Source: Phoronis australis
Taxonomy: Eukaryota > Animalia > Phoronida
DNA length: 64,000 nt
Direction of reading: 5' to 3'
Assembly (NCBI GenBank): GCA_002633005.1
Contig: NMRA01000021.1
Coordinates: 532,922-596,921, forward strand
The notes under the pieces were generated by a model. It was given only the letters and a program-made list of their open reading frames with translations, was not told the DNA's origin and ran no database searches. Shown piece by piece: positions 1 through 12,157 of the stretch. The first letter of the stretch is position 1; the number at the start of each line of letters is the position of its first letter. The position numbers were made by a program, and so were the translations under genes.

Positions 1-19
1 CTATTTATCTCAACCAGTA

Positions 20-215
20 CTGTTTGGTCCCGCGACAGATCGACTATTTTTATAGGGATAATAAGCACAGGTGTACTTTTGGTCTCGTGACGGACCAGGC
101 CAGAGTTTTTGTGTACTCTCAGTGTACATCTGGTCCCTCTACGAACTAGGCCTACTCCTGTAGGCCTATATATTTTCACCACGGTGTAGGCTTAGAGTGT
201 TTTGGTTTCGTAAAA
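20..215. repeat. Degenerate about 55-bp minisatellite
   Basis: Recurring T(T/C)TGGT(C/T)(C/T)C..GAC/G..C.AG(G/A)C units at about 23, 79, 129 and 201. Confidence 0.4.
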
Positions 216-408
216 CTGTTTTCAGATGATTTGTTTCCTGATACATTTGACGTTTTTCAATTGTTGTCAACGTGATTCAGCTTAATAAAGTGGTACTTAA
301 TTGTTTATTGTTGCTTTTAGTAATAGACTATGAGCTGAGAGCACCATCGTTGGCCAGTTTTTCTCATAACGAGAAAGAACACAGGTTTATTTCCGGACTA
401 ACAGTACA

Positions 409-561
409 GGCGTGCGTTCAGTAGACGCTAGGACCTACGCTAGGACCTAGCTAAAGTCTAGTGAAGGTCACGTGTTCTCATTTCAAATACACGGCAATAT
501 CTCACGTAATCTCGCGAAGTCTTGCTTTTTAGCGAGGTCCTAGCGTTACTGAACGGGAGGC
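409..561. mobile_element. MITE family A, copy 1
   Basis: TIRs GTTCAGTA(G)ACGCTAGGACCT...AGGTCCTAGCGTTACTGAAC. Related copies at 52399-52539, 62180-62320 and (partial) about 48105-48158. Confidence 0.75.
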
Positions 562-2671
562 AGGTCTTCATTCTTTAACAGCTTGAGGCTGTTGCGATCA
601 TCTGATAATCAAGTTTAGTACGCCCCGTGGATGCTCCTTATGCTCTTCAATGTTTGGTAGTTGTCTAAACCCCTGTATGCACACCACACTTTTTCGTATG
701 CTAAAAAGGTGTGTGTAAGCAGATAACAAAAATTTTTGCTGGTGGTGTGACTCATACCCAGATGTGCACAAATATGGTTTCACGAAACTTATGAGCCAAG
801 TTCATGTGACGAAATCGATAAGGTTTTTAGTTATCTTAAGAAAAACTCCAGGGACATGTTAAGTGCCAGAAATTACGTACCAGGATGCATGGAAATTTCA
901 CTGTTTGGATACAAAAACAAAAAGTTGTCTTACACGGGAGGGGGGTTTACCCCCCTCCCGGCGCCACGCGCCTCGGATTCGACCTTTGCGGGAATCCTAA
1001 ACCCCCCTTACTGAAAACGTAGATCCGCCACTGTAATGCTAACAGTTTTGCCGTTTGCACCAGTTGGAGCATTGACACTCTTGTTTCATTGCCAAAGTCG
1101 TCAACCGTTCTTGTCACACACACAGATTCTTCAGCATCACGCACGTAAACTACTCGAAAGGCATGCCCAGATGTCTAAGAATTGACTCGAACAAACAAAT
1201 GCATGACAGCGTTTCTTACCGTTCAGTGAATTTACCAGACGAAGGGGGTTGTGAGCGTGTGATAACATAGCTTCTTTGTTAACTGCCAAGCACACTCTTA
1301 AGTTGTCTGGTATGACAACAGGCAGGCCAATTATCCCCCAGGCTCATTACAGACCACAATGCATGTGAACACCGTGAGTCCAACTCAGAGTGGTAGGCCT
1401 ACGTTCGGAAAGAATAGGTTATCGTAACTTCGGTTGTAGTTGGGCGATTTTTGGCGATTCAGAAACTAAACATGATCACCATTTGACGAGGATTCCAGAA
1501 ATGGTATTGGTTTATGTTCAAATATGTTATAGCTTAACTTTTATTTTTAACAGCACAGCCCAGTCAGGCTAGATACGAAGTTATTGAAGATTAGAGCAAT
1601 TATCCGAACAAAATAGCGGAGCTGGCCCTCCAGCAAGACAATATCTCTAGAACGAAAATGAAGAAAAAAGAGAAAGGTGTTCGAATGGTTTAAGCACAGC
1701 CGCTTGACTGTTTGACAAAGAACAAGCGTACTTTAGCTAGAAATATTAACTTAATATTTCTAGCTAAAGTACGCTTGTTCTTGAAGGGATACCAAGACCT
1801 GTTTTGGCCTATTGAACAGATATTTCAAACGACTTTCCCCATCCAATTCCCTAAAATAATGCTCTGTGTGAATCCTCGACAATCATCAAACGTTTTGGAG
1901 GAAAATTTGATAACTTCTTTCGAAGTTTGATAAACGGACAAGCGTGACCTACCCTTTTAGGCGAACTGGACTTTGCCGGGAAAGACCATCCACCAAAGGA
2001 ACATGTCCAACATGTGACATAGGGTGTACGAGTTTTGAGTTCATTCCTACTCTTATCTTTCAAGGTCTGACACCAATGATGCATTAGCAGACGGAACGAG
2101 GATTGGATGAAATCACCAAAAGAAGGGTTTAGTATCCTTTCAATGGTGCATTCCAGTCCTAATACGTCTTAGTAAACATTGGAATCATGACATTATATAA
2201 CAATTACTAGTTAGTCTCAAAATTTTCCTTACAATGACAACGTGTCAGGATTGCACCCGTTACGATTTACTTAACGGGCCCAACTTTTTGGACGGGTTGG
2301 CCAATCCCGCCAAAAATATTAGCTTTTTATTACTCCTTTTATTTGCTGACGTCATGTATTTGGACCGGGCTTATCATGATGTTGAAAGGTTTTGGACACT
2401 GTTTGTATCTCCGGAGTAGTCTGTTTCACTGTTTTCACTTCAGGTAGTTGTTTAAGGAAATGAATTGTAGGCTATTGGCTCAGAATTTCACCAAACATTG
2501 CACTCGTGCCCTTCTAATCCAACGAAACATGACTTGAATAGTCCTTAAAATTTCAATCTTATCCCCCGCCCTTGTGAAATCGTGAAGCTGTCATTTTTTA
2601 ATTTTTGACACGTGTTTTATCTTAAAGCGGCTGTTTTGAAATTTCTTTAAAATCTAACTTTTAATACCTAT

Positions 2672-3040
2672 GGTATGCCAAAGTGGCGGAAAATCAAGAC
2701 CGTATTTTAATTTCGAGATCACGATAAATCCATGAAGGCTTTCCCAAAATCTTGGCAAGATTTTTTGAAAATTTTCGAAATCTTGACATGATTTTTTGAA
2801 ACGTTTGCAAGTCTTAGCAAGATTATTGGAAAAATGTTGACACAGTTTTTAATAAATGTTGACAAGAGTTTTAGAAAATCATGTCAAACACCGACAAGAA
2901 ATTCTTGGCAAGTTTTCAAAGACAAAGTATTGGCAAGACTTTTATAAACGTTGGCAAGATTTTAATTCTTGACGAATTTATTGTGGTTTTGAAGTGAAAA
3001 TATGGTATTCTGACTTGATTTTTCGCCCCTGTTGACATCC
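2672..3040. mobile_element. MITE with internal TCTTGGCAAGA-type repeats
   Basis: TIRs AGTGGCGGAAAATCAAGAC / GACTTGATTTTTCGCCCCT enclose many degenerate near-palindromic TCTTG(G/A)CAAGA units. Confidence 0.55.
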
Positions 3041-3129
3041 ACAATATAATTCCAAAACGGAAGAAACTCAATTCTGTTTTATGGTGCAGAATTGTGTGTT
3101 ACAACCCGCAGAAACTAGAAGGAAATAGA

Positions 3130-3910
3130 CAGTGTTCAGCTTGCGTTTGTAAATGGTTATTACATACAGGTATCAAGGCAACAAATGTTATTGCAAAAGG
3201 TGAATGTGGAAGTTTTGATTTGTGTGTGACATACATGTGCAAACCCATTAAGTACTATTGTTGAGAAAGACCAAGATTGCCAAGACAATGTTACATAATG
3301 CTGCATGAAAACGATTTGAAAATTCAAAAGAACTCTGGTGTACCTTAATTAGTGAAAAATGTATTATTTACAACTGGGTTTGGATGTTTGGTTGCACCAA
3401 GGAGGTTGTGATGAAATGAACTTTTTAATTTCTTTCAAACAAAGACTTAGGGACACATTTTCAGTTGTGGTCGTCTTCCCTTGCAAATACGGAAAAATGT
3501 GATTTTTACCGTTCAATTAAATCATGTGAAAAGTATTTATGTGGCCAAGTTTGAGGTGTTCTACACATCATCTTATGATTGAGTTGGGTAGAAGAAACAA
3601 TATACCACGACCAGAAAGAATTTGTAAAGTTGTAATACTGATGAAATTGAAACAGAGATACACTTTTATTTGATTGCACTGTCCTGCAGACCAAGGGAAA
3701 TATCTATTACCACAATGCACTGTAGGAAATAGAAACATCAAGGCACTCTTAGGTTTAGATTCTATGTACAAGCAACGGCAATTAAGAGCGAAATTATGAG
3801 TATTTGTTGAATTGGGAGAGTATACTGTTTGTATATTAATATATAGAACTGTGGGCCAACGGCCCCATGCGTTTTGAAATAAACCTATTTTTTGTTTGTT
3901 TGTTTGTTTT
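3130..3910 (+). mobile_element. 5'-truncated non-LTR retrotransposon (LINE) 3' end, decayed
   Basis: Frameshifted ORF2 C-terminal remnants (NVIAKGECG; TGFG.VWLHQG; SLRCSTHHLMIELGRRNNIPRPERIC..CNTDEIETEIHF..DC, a CCHC knuckle), then AATAAA at 3878-3883 and a (TTTG)n tail. Confidence 0.7.
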
Positions 3911-3955
3911 TATTAGACGTTATCTTGGGGCTACAGCTTAGCTAACAAATTCCAG

Positions 3956-4463
3956 GTGACAATGGAAACAATGGCAGACCTATGAAAAACATCACCATGG
4001 TGATGATGGTTATGGTGCTGGTGGAGCTGGAGGCGGCGGTGGTAACTCTCGCAACCCTGGTTGTGCAGGGGGTGCTTGTGTCAGAGGCGGCACTGGTGAT
4101 GGAGACACTGGCGGCGGCATCGGGTACTCTGGTGGCTGCGGCAGCGGCGACGGGTACCCTGGTGGGGGCGTCGGGTACTTTGGTGGCGGCGTCGGGTACT
4201 TTGGTGGCGGCGTCGGGTACTTTGGTGGCGGCGTCGACAGGTACTCTGGCGGCGGCAGCGGCAGCGACGGGTGCTCTGGTGGGGCTTCGCGTGACAGTGG
4301 TGCTGGATATGGCGCTGGATATGGTGCTGGATATGGCGCTGGATATGACGCTGGATATGCCGCCGGATATGGATATGGCGCCGGATATGGATATGGCGCC
4401 GGATATGGATATGGCGCCGGATATGGCGCTAGTGGTTCCGCTGTCAAAAACAATAATATATAG
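3956..4463 (+). CDS. Alternative reading: Gly/Tyr-rich low-complexity (structural/matrix-like) exon or pseudogene
   Basis: An ATG-less frame not shown in the ORF track (codons in phase with 3981) reads YEKHHHGDDGYGAGGAGGGGGNSRNPGCAGGAC...(GGGVGYF)x3...GAGYGAGYGAGYGAGY...(GYGAGY)x3 to TAG at 4461-4463. The acceptor ttccag| at 3955 opens GDNGNNGR in a different frame, so a 1-nt frameshift or a different acceptor (cag 3975-3977) is needed. Confidence 0.35.
4010..4440 (-). CDS. Candidate terminal exon encoding a Pro/Tyr-rich tail with multiple PPxY motifs (upstream exons not identified)
   Basis: Acceptor tattattgtttttgacag| ends at 4441. The open frame reads EPLAPYPAPYPYPAPY...PPPEYLSTPPPKYPTPPPKYPTPPPKYPTPPPGYPSPLPQPPEY... 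to TAA at 4010-4012. AATAAA on the minus strand at 3909-3914. Strand is ambiguous (see the plus-strand alternative). Confidence 0.45.
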
Positions 4464-7400
4464 TTACAAATTGTTTGTATAGTCGTGGCAGAAATGGTGG
4501 ACTTCTATTTCATTTTCCCTCACGTGTACTTGCTAAGATGTATGGAAGTTTGAAAACAGCCCGTAACTGGTTATAGGGCGCGTGAGAATACTACTGAGCT
4601 GTAGGGTATACACAAGTGTCGCAGAGTTGTTTTTAATTAATTTACCACATTGTGCTCGGTTCAGGTGATCAGGTGCTTAATGGGGACAATTTAAAATAGG
4701 ACCGAAAGGTTTTGAGGGCTAAGCTACATGTACAACGGGCAAAGCCTTATACAAAGTTTCGGTACCGCACGAATAGCTGGCAATTTAGGTGACCAGAATA
4801 CTACTGAAGGTCGGCGTAAAGACAACCATGAGCTTGTGTGTGACGCATCGTAACTACGTAACTCTGACCAATCGGGATTAACCTTGTGGGACAAGGCCCA
4901 AATTCCTAGAATCTGACCAAAGCACTGCAGTGTCAAATAATACAGTAATGTTCAGAGACCAGACCAACCATTCCGCTGCTATTATTTTCATAGCCTGAAA
5001 TTTCCCATCGGAGGTAAACGCCAAGTGCGCGTGTTTGGGGCAGCTGAAAAACTGTGGTGACCATGGTAAGTGAAAACTGGGGTTCCGTTTCGTCGTCACA
5101 GGGGCCCTCATCAAGAGGAAATAAGGATTGTACATTTAACCATGAAAACCATACAGTGTTATGCAAATCGACAACATTTGCTTTTCACTGAGTAACGGAT
5201 GTTAGGCTTCGGACGCGTCAAGCTATAGAAAAATCTCCCCAGAGTTCACATATATAAGTCAGGGACATGCATATAGTGCAAATAAAAAATAAAGTCTTTG
5301 TAACGAGGAAAAACTGCAGTGCTTTTCAGAATGATTTTTCATCACTGAATTCTGACTGTAAACAAATTATTCACCTGGTGATACTATACTACATGGGTTG
5401 ACTATTGGCTTTCCTTACAAAATACTCATTATAACACATATACATGAACATCCTTCTCTTCTTGCAATTTACTACTGAAGAAAACGAACATAGACCATAC
5501 ATGTTTGTACATGTATTCAAAAAAGAAATTCCAGATGATATGGTGTGCACTTTACATACACGAAATTTTGTCCTAATATAAAAACGTGGTTTTTAAATGC
5601 TCAGGTCACAAAATCGCCAATTTAATCAGTGACGTAATTTGAAATGTTTTAACACAGTTTTCGTAAAAGACGTCTCCTGAGGTAGCACTGAATATTCAGG
5701 TTGCGGGGCATTTTCTAGTCCCTAGAACTCAGGGGTTGTGTCAGGTTTGGCGGGTGGTTTGACTGATAAATGTATTGAGAACAATTGCCAGGAAATTAAT
5801 TTGCTTGTGCTTTTGAATGAGAAAAACAAAATGGTGGCTGTCATTTGCTTCCAACCTCTGTCGCCTGCTGACTGAGAAATCGGCTGTCAGACAGATCAAA
5901 ATTGCCGAAAACGTGGCTGGTAAAGGGCGTACTATGACCACATTTTTAGAATCTGCAGAGAACGAGAATTCTGAATCTGTAGTCAGATTTTTTCTAGCAC
6001 GTGAAGGGAAGTGGTAATTTTGGGGAGAAAACTGTCACATTTGGATCGAGGTACTATTTTTGTGTGTTGGGATTTTATTCCGCTGTAAATTAACCCTTTA
6101 AAAATCTGCAGCATGATTAAGTTTCAGCTATCATGAGTATTGCTTTTGAGATGGGAATGTTAAAAATCTTTTGTTTTTTCAGACTCTTGATAGAGACGTG
6201 AGGTAAGGACTCGTCTCCACTTGGGTGTGTGTTAGTCGGTAGCTGATACCCTGTAATAACAGTAGTGTGCCTCCTTAAACCTCCTCGCCAAACTTCTCTG
6301 CCTGTGCAGGACTGTCCGCTCCGAGAAATATTCTCATGCGCACGCTTTTCTCTGGCGGACTCATATTTCTCCTGTCGCACCATTTTTCGCCTTTCGCGGT
6401 CATATTTCTTTGCCTCGCTGGTTCCTTGCGTGCCGCTAGGTGGTTGGACAGCATGCGTGCTGGCCAGGCACGTAGAGAACCAGCGAGATTTCTTTGCTCG
6501 CACCTGGACCAACGCTGCGCTCTCACATTATTTACTGGCCGCAAAACCTATTTTATACCCTCGCACGCAGTTCCCGTCAATCGGGCAACTTCATATGAGC
6601 CGTTATCAAATCTCTACACACAAATCAACTGTAAAATCTCTAAACATAACGCCACCTTTCAATTACTCGTTTTGCACAAAACCGAATCAATACACAAGTA
6701 CTGTGAAAATGAAAACATAAACAAAGCGAATGTTAACATTTTGACAATGTTTGTTGCGGATACAGGGAATAGGTTAGAACGTTTCCACGGCACATTACAA
6801 ATAAATTCCAAGCAGTGTCACCGCCTCGAGACCATCAGTTTTGCCCTGTCCGAACTTGGCCAGTTTCAAGTCAGTGACAGCTACCTTTCAGTTCCTCTTG
6901 AAGCTGTCATGGCAAAAGAAATTTTGAGACAAATTTGGAAAAATCATTACCGTTTCATGAGATCGATGTTTTGGTCGCAAGTAACAACGATATACACCGT
7001 TCAGATATCAAACTAAAGCCACCTTTCTGAAACAGTGAATTATTGCTCAAGTTTCAATCATTCATTTGGTGAACGAATATTTTGTTTACATTACGTTCTT
7101 TTCCGTAGAAATAAAGTTCGTAAGATACACAACAAATTAGTATTAGGAATGTCCCACAGAACACTAACATGTTTGGATTTGGTTCGTGTTTTAGATGATT
7201 TTTGGGAATTTGGAGCTAAAACAGAAGGCACGCTTTTCTTTCGTTTTTGAGTAGTAAATACAGACCCACCACCTTTGAAACAAACCCTGCAAGTACTGAG
7301 TTTGAAATCAACCCAAGCGCTTTACCTTGTAGGGAAGATATGTCTCCCAGTAACAGCTGAAATAGTTGAATAACTATGAAATATTTTCTGGCAAAATCTG

Positions 7401-9176
7401 TGCAACATTTATGAAACACATGTGAACCATCACTCGACAATTTTATAAACACGGCCATTGCATGATGTTTTTGAAAAATACTGTTATTCAAAACCTTTTA
7501 AAATTATGTTTTAGGATCGGTTTGGATTGAACCAATCAGAGAAATACAGTAGAAACATTGCAAATTGTGAGCCCACAATGCTGTCGGCAGACGAGACTGA
7601 ATTTTTTAATTACAACCATGGAAAAAATAATCTATGTACTGTGGCCCAAAGGTGACATCACGCGTTTCTTTCTTTAATAATCTCAGAATCTCTATATCCC
7701 TACTTATTATCTCGGAATCTCTATTCTATCAGCACAGTCTGTTTTCATATGCACCCCTGTCTCAACTAATAAATCGTAGTTTCCACAACGAATATTCAAA
7801 GTAGTTTGGATAAAAACATGTTGCAAACTAAATTGAAAGCATGGTCAGGGGTACCGAGATCGGGTGGACAGGAAGGCCCACAACCCCTGGGCCCGTGGTA
7901 GTTAAGGGGGCTTGTCGGTGAAGGAAAGAAACAAAAAAATGCGCAACAGCATCAACAGTTCTAGAGGTTTGGACTGGTCAGCCTCTTAGTTGGACATGGA
8001 TAATAACTCAGAAACCCATGAGGCACCCTAAAAATGTGCCTGGAACAGTTTGAAAATTGCTACATACATATGTGTGACTGTTGACAGCTGGTAAAGGAAA
8101 AGACGCTCACGTAACTTTGTACATGTACATGTATATTGTACAACTGCGTATAATATGGGCTGCAGGTAAGTTGTACAAGAAAAAAATGTTCTAAGGGTAA
8201 TTTAATATTTCAGGGGATCCTGAGATACTTAAAAAACTCGAGATGTCATCTTTGAACCACCGTATCTATGGGAGTCATGCAACTGCCTTTACACTACTAG
8301 AAGAATATGAAATCTAGAAGAAAGTCAAATATTCTGTCCAGCACGTCCACACCTTCCCGGTTTTTTCGCCTTCCTCGTTTCCAGGCGCGGTTTCCAGCCC
8401 TCGGTAAATAGTAAGCGTTGAAGCACCACGCACAATTCAAATTTCCGAAACATTTGAAAACATAATTTGGACAGTCCTAAAACAATACGACAATACGCGA
8501 CACCATAGATTCCTTTTTGACTAGTTCTGTTGCAGAAATGTTCAAGAAATAATAATGTGTAGACAGAATTTTATGCAAAAAACAAATAATTTCATCTTTA
8601 AATACTCTGAAAACTAATGATTTGTATTGCGTACCTGTGTCACCAAAAGAATAACTGAGATGCGACGAGTCATCGTGTGCTACAACAGTCCAAAACAACT
8701 TTACGTGCTTGTTGAGGGTTAATTGTTGCCAAACAGCAGGTAAAGAACAGCTCGTGATAAATCGGCGTTTAGCATTTTATACAGCTGTATCGTCACAACA
8801 CACCCAAATCATTACGGCACAAGTACATCTGAGGGTTGCCTGTCAGACTGCTGGTGATTAGCATGTTCTAAGTGGTTGTGCGATTTAGGCTTCAGGATAC
8901 AGGGTCTAATCTCGAAACTCGAACCTTAAATTGCTTTAGTCATGTCTTATTTGTCTTCAGTACCGTTCACGATAAGCCTCTGTGGTTTTGTGCTCAAGAA
9001 TATTATGTTTCACTCAGAATTGTTCCAAAACCGAGTTTGCACTTGATGGCCCCTAAATTCGGGCTACAAACTCGAGTTCAAACTTGAGATTCAAAGTTCA
9101 ACCTTGAACTCATATCAAACAAGGATTAAACATTAATCCACAAAAACTGTAATGTACGCCAGCACACCGTGAATCA

Positions 9177-9400
9177 CATGCGCGCACCCACGGGGGGGGG
9201 GCGAAGTGGACACTGAAACAGGTCCGCCTCGGAGAAACAAAAAGACCGAGAAAACGAGACAAAAAGTCCACTAAAAAGGCGCTAACGGACAGTTCGCAGC
9301 TCTGGACGTGGTACCCCGTTTTTTTAGTCCTTCGGCCTTTTCTTTGTCGCTAAAAGGTCCGCACCGTCGGAAATTCGAGCCACCCATATTAAAGGCTGGG
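9177..9400. mobile_element. MITE family C copy
   Basis: CATGCGCGCACCCA terminus. The interior AAACAGGTCCGCCTCGGAGAAACAAAAAG...GTGGTACCCCGTTTTTT...CCCATATTAAAGGCTGGG is shared with about 27880-28147 (ends TGGGTGCGCACATG) and with an inverted copy at about 11643-11855. Confidence 0.65.
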
Positions 9401-12075
9401 AATCATTCAGTAACATGCATTAAAGATGATGACAGAAATAATTTAGAGTTCAAGTACGGATATTGACTCCGACCACGTGACCCGTATACTACCAATCAGG
9501 GTAATAACGCATACATATAAATCCAATGATTGGTGCCTATGTTAGCTATAGTGCTTTCCAGAATGAACTTTCATCATTGCAAAAAATCAGGTGAAGCACA
9601 TTGTGCTATTACTAATAGTTACTTGACTAAGTTAAAAGCTATTCACCGATAAAGTTCTCAAAATTTCAATACGTGTCATACATTCTCTTTTGCTAAACCA
9701 ACTGACACAGTGATAGTAATGTGGTCAAAATAGCATAGCTCCATGTTCCTGAGATGAGACGGAAATCGAAAACAACGCCCGGAATTTACCGTAAAACATT
9801 GTTTGGACTTATGCTCTTGGGAAATTGCCATCATGTTTTACGAATATGGAAAAATGAGTACGTACATGTATACCTGCATTTTGAAAGAGTAGGCCCCCTA
9901 CATATAATTACCTGCATTTTGAAACGAACATGAAGTAAGAGTATTCGTGATGAATTACAGTTGTATCTACCACTTCAACAAATTCATGTCAACTGGGATG
10001 GCATCATTTCACAGCGCAACTGAAGTTTAGAATCCGTTTTGGCCTCAACTTCACCCACCGGAACCATGCGATCAAAGCTAAATGTACAGTAGTTAGTAGG
10101 CTTCTCTGTCCCTGCTAGTCTTCACTAAGTCTTAGAGTTTCATCCAGTCTTCTTAAATTTGAAACCGTCGCTGATCTTCGCAGCCCGCCAGGCCTCACCC
10201 GTGCCCCAGTGTTGCCCTGCTTGACAGTTAGATTCAAGAATTACGATTGGCAGTGATCGGAACTGAACTCATTTGTAAACAATGTAGAATATAAATCGGT
10301 AAATAAAACAACAAGAATGGATCAACTGAAATTTGAAATTTTCGGATGTAACAACTTCCTTTATCAACAAAAACAGAAATAAAGCCTACGTTAAATAATG
10401 TAGTCAACGTATTAAAAACTATTCAACTCTTGCACACTCGTTAAATGGTTACTAAATGGCCGGGACACAAACACAATACTTTATTCCTGTCAGTTCCGAC
10501 TCATTACCAGACAATCAGAGTACTGATCTGGGAGTTCTGGTTTCGGAATCATGGACATTCGATGTAATGAACTTTTGAAGGTAACTAACCTTCGGAGTAC
10601 TGAACCTTCGCAGTTGTTAACCTTCGAAATATAGTGACGTGTAACAGAGGCGGATTTACGTTTTAAGTAAGGGCCGGGGGTTCAGAATTCGCGCTTCCGA
10701 GGCGCTTATTGTCGAGCGCGGGTAGGTCGGGAGGGGGTGCAAGAGAATTTTTTTCTTTTTGAAGCCAAATTGTGCAATTTTCATGCGACCTAGCGAGTGT
10801 GTGCCAGTTAACGTGTCTCTGGAGTTTGTTTAAAGATGATTTAAAACCCTTCTCGATTTCGTCGGGCTAACAAGGTCAGAACTAATATTTGTGCACGTCA
10901 CACCAACAGCAAAATTTTGGTTGGAACTTTTGTCTACATACACCGTATACGAGTGAGGCCGGGAGACAACTACATGTACCACGTAAAAACCCGAACACTT
11001 GTATATCTGACGATCGCGTGACAGCAGCCTCAAGTTGTTTAAGAACGAAGACCAGCACTTAACTGTCATGCCTGGAAATAAACAGACCTTTTGTCTTGTT
11101 AAAAGGAAACTGACGAACGATGGTGATCTACCGGAGCGCGTAGTCTATTATTAAAAGCGCCAAACACTTAAATATCGCCCTTATAGCAAGTAGCAGCATA
11201 TGAAATTAGACAATGTTACTAATAAAGTTAAGGAGAGATTCATGCAAAATGAAAACAATAAATTTAAACAGTGAGTTCATATTGCATTTTAAAACAGCTC
11301 AACTCGATTCAGTTTACCCCCCCCCAAGTCGTTTGAATGCCGGCGTCGCGACCGCCGCCACGTCGCGAGGTTACGGAGAGACTGGATAATATGTGCTAGA
11401 CTGTTGGTTTTCGTATAAACGCCAAAATGTTTAAAGAACCACTAATATGTAACCACTACCATGCATAGTCTGCAAGAGAGCTGCATGCCAGTTGCGAAAC
11501 CCCCAGTCAGGCCCATCTGTTTTAATATCCGCTTTCGCCATCATACATTTATTGTCCGTATGATTTCAAAAGCAAGGTAATGGCTGCTTGGAAAGTTTTG
11601 TATTAGGCGTATTTGGACTGTTCGGGAACATTAATGTATAATCATGCGCGCACCCAGTCTAAAAATGGGAGGCTCGAATTTTTAGAACGTGACCTTTTAC
11701 TATAGATTCACGTGGTACGTTCAGAACTTCGAATTCTGCATTCGCCGATTTTTGGTAGTTACTGCGTATTCAGTGTCTCGTTTTCTACATATTTCGGAGT
11801 TTTTGTTTGTCTGAGGCGGACCTTTTTGTCCACGTCGCCAAATGGGGGGCTCGTTCGAGCATAACATAGCTTAATTGCCATGNCAACACGAAAAATGGAT
11901 TTGGTCTTTTGGGCATTTGAAGACTATTTCAAATACGACAAATTTGTTAAGAATTGATGGCACAAAATATAAAACGTGTAATAAGCATTACAAAAAGAAG
12001 TAGGTTACGCGCGCAAACGCTGTGGCCCATAAACTAGTACAGACTATACGTCTTTTAGTATATTTGATGTAGTGA

Positions 12076-12157
12076 AATCGTGGTGGTGTAGTGGTAACGT
12101 ACGCGCGCTCAACCCGCTAGGTCGTGAGTTCGACTCTTCGACGCTAGCATTTTTTTT
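12076..12157 (+). other. tRNA-like Pol III unit (tRNA pseudogene or SINE head)
   Basis: A box TGGTGTAGTGG (12084-12094) and B box GAGTTCGACTC (12126-12136) at tRNA spacing, followed by a T8 tract (12150-12157). The stems pair poorly, so this is not a functional tRNA call. Confidence 0.55.

Noticed and set aside
2720-2980. Regularly recurring palindromic units resembling a CRISPR array
   Set aside because: Eukaryotic context, degenerate units, no unique spacers, no cas genes; explained as a MITE interior.
3982-4482. 166-aa ORF MKNITMVMMV...(AASGTLV)n...(PDMDMA)n from the ORF track
   Set aside because: Shadow frame of the repeat block: unit-to-unit changes are non-synonymous in this frame but synonymous in the Gly (+) and Pro (-) frames.
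6117-7016. Four overlapping ORFs of up to 226 aa
   Set aside because: No recognisable domain, splice structure or codon pattern; locally GC-richer, repeat-like sequence.
10580-10630. Three AACCTTCG units about 17 bp apart
   Set aside because: A short degenerate tandem repeat, too little to support a function.
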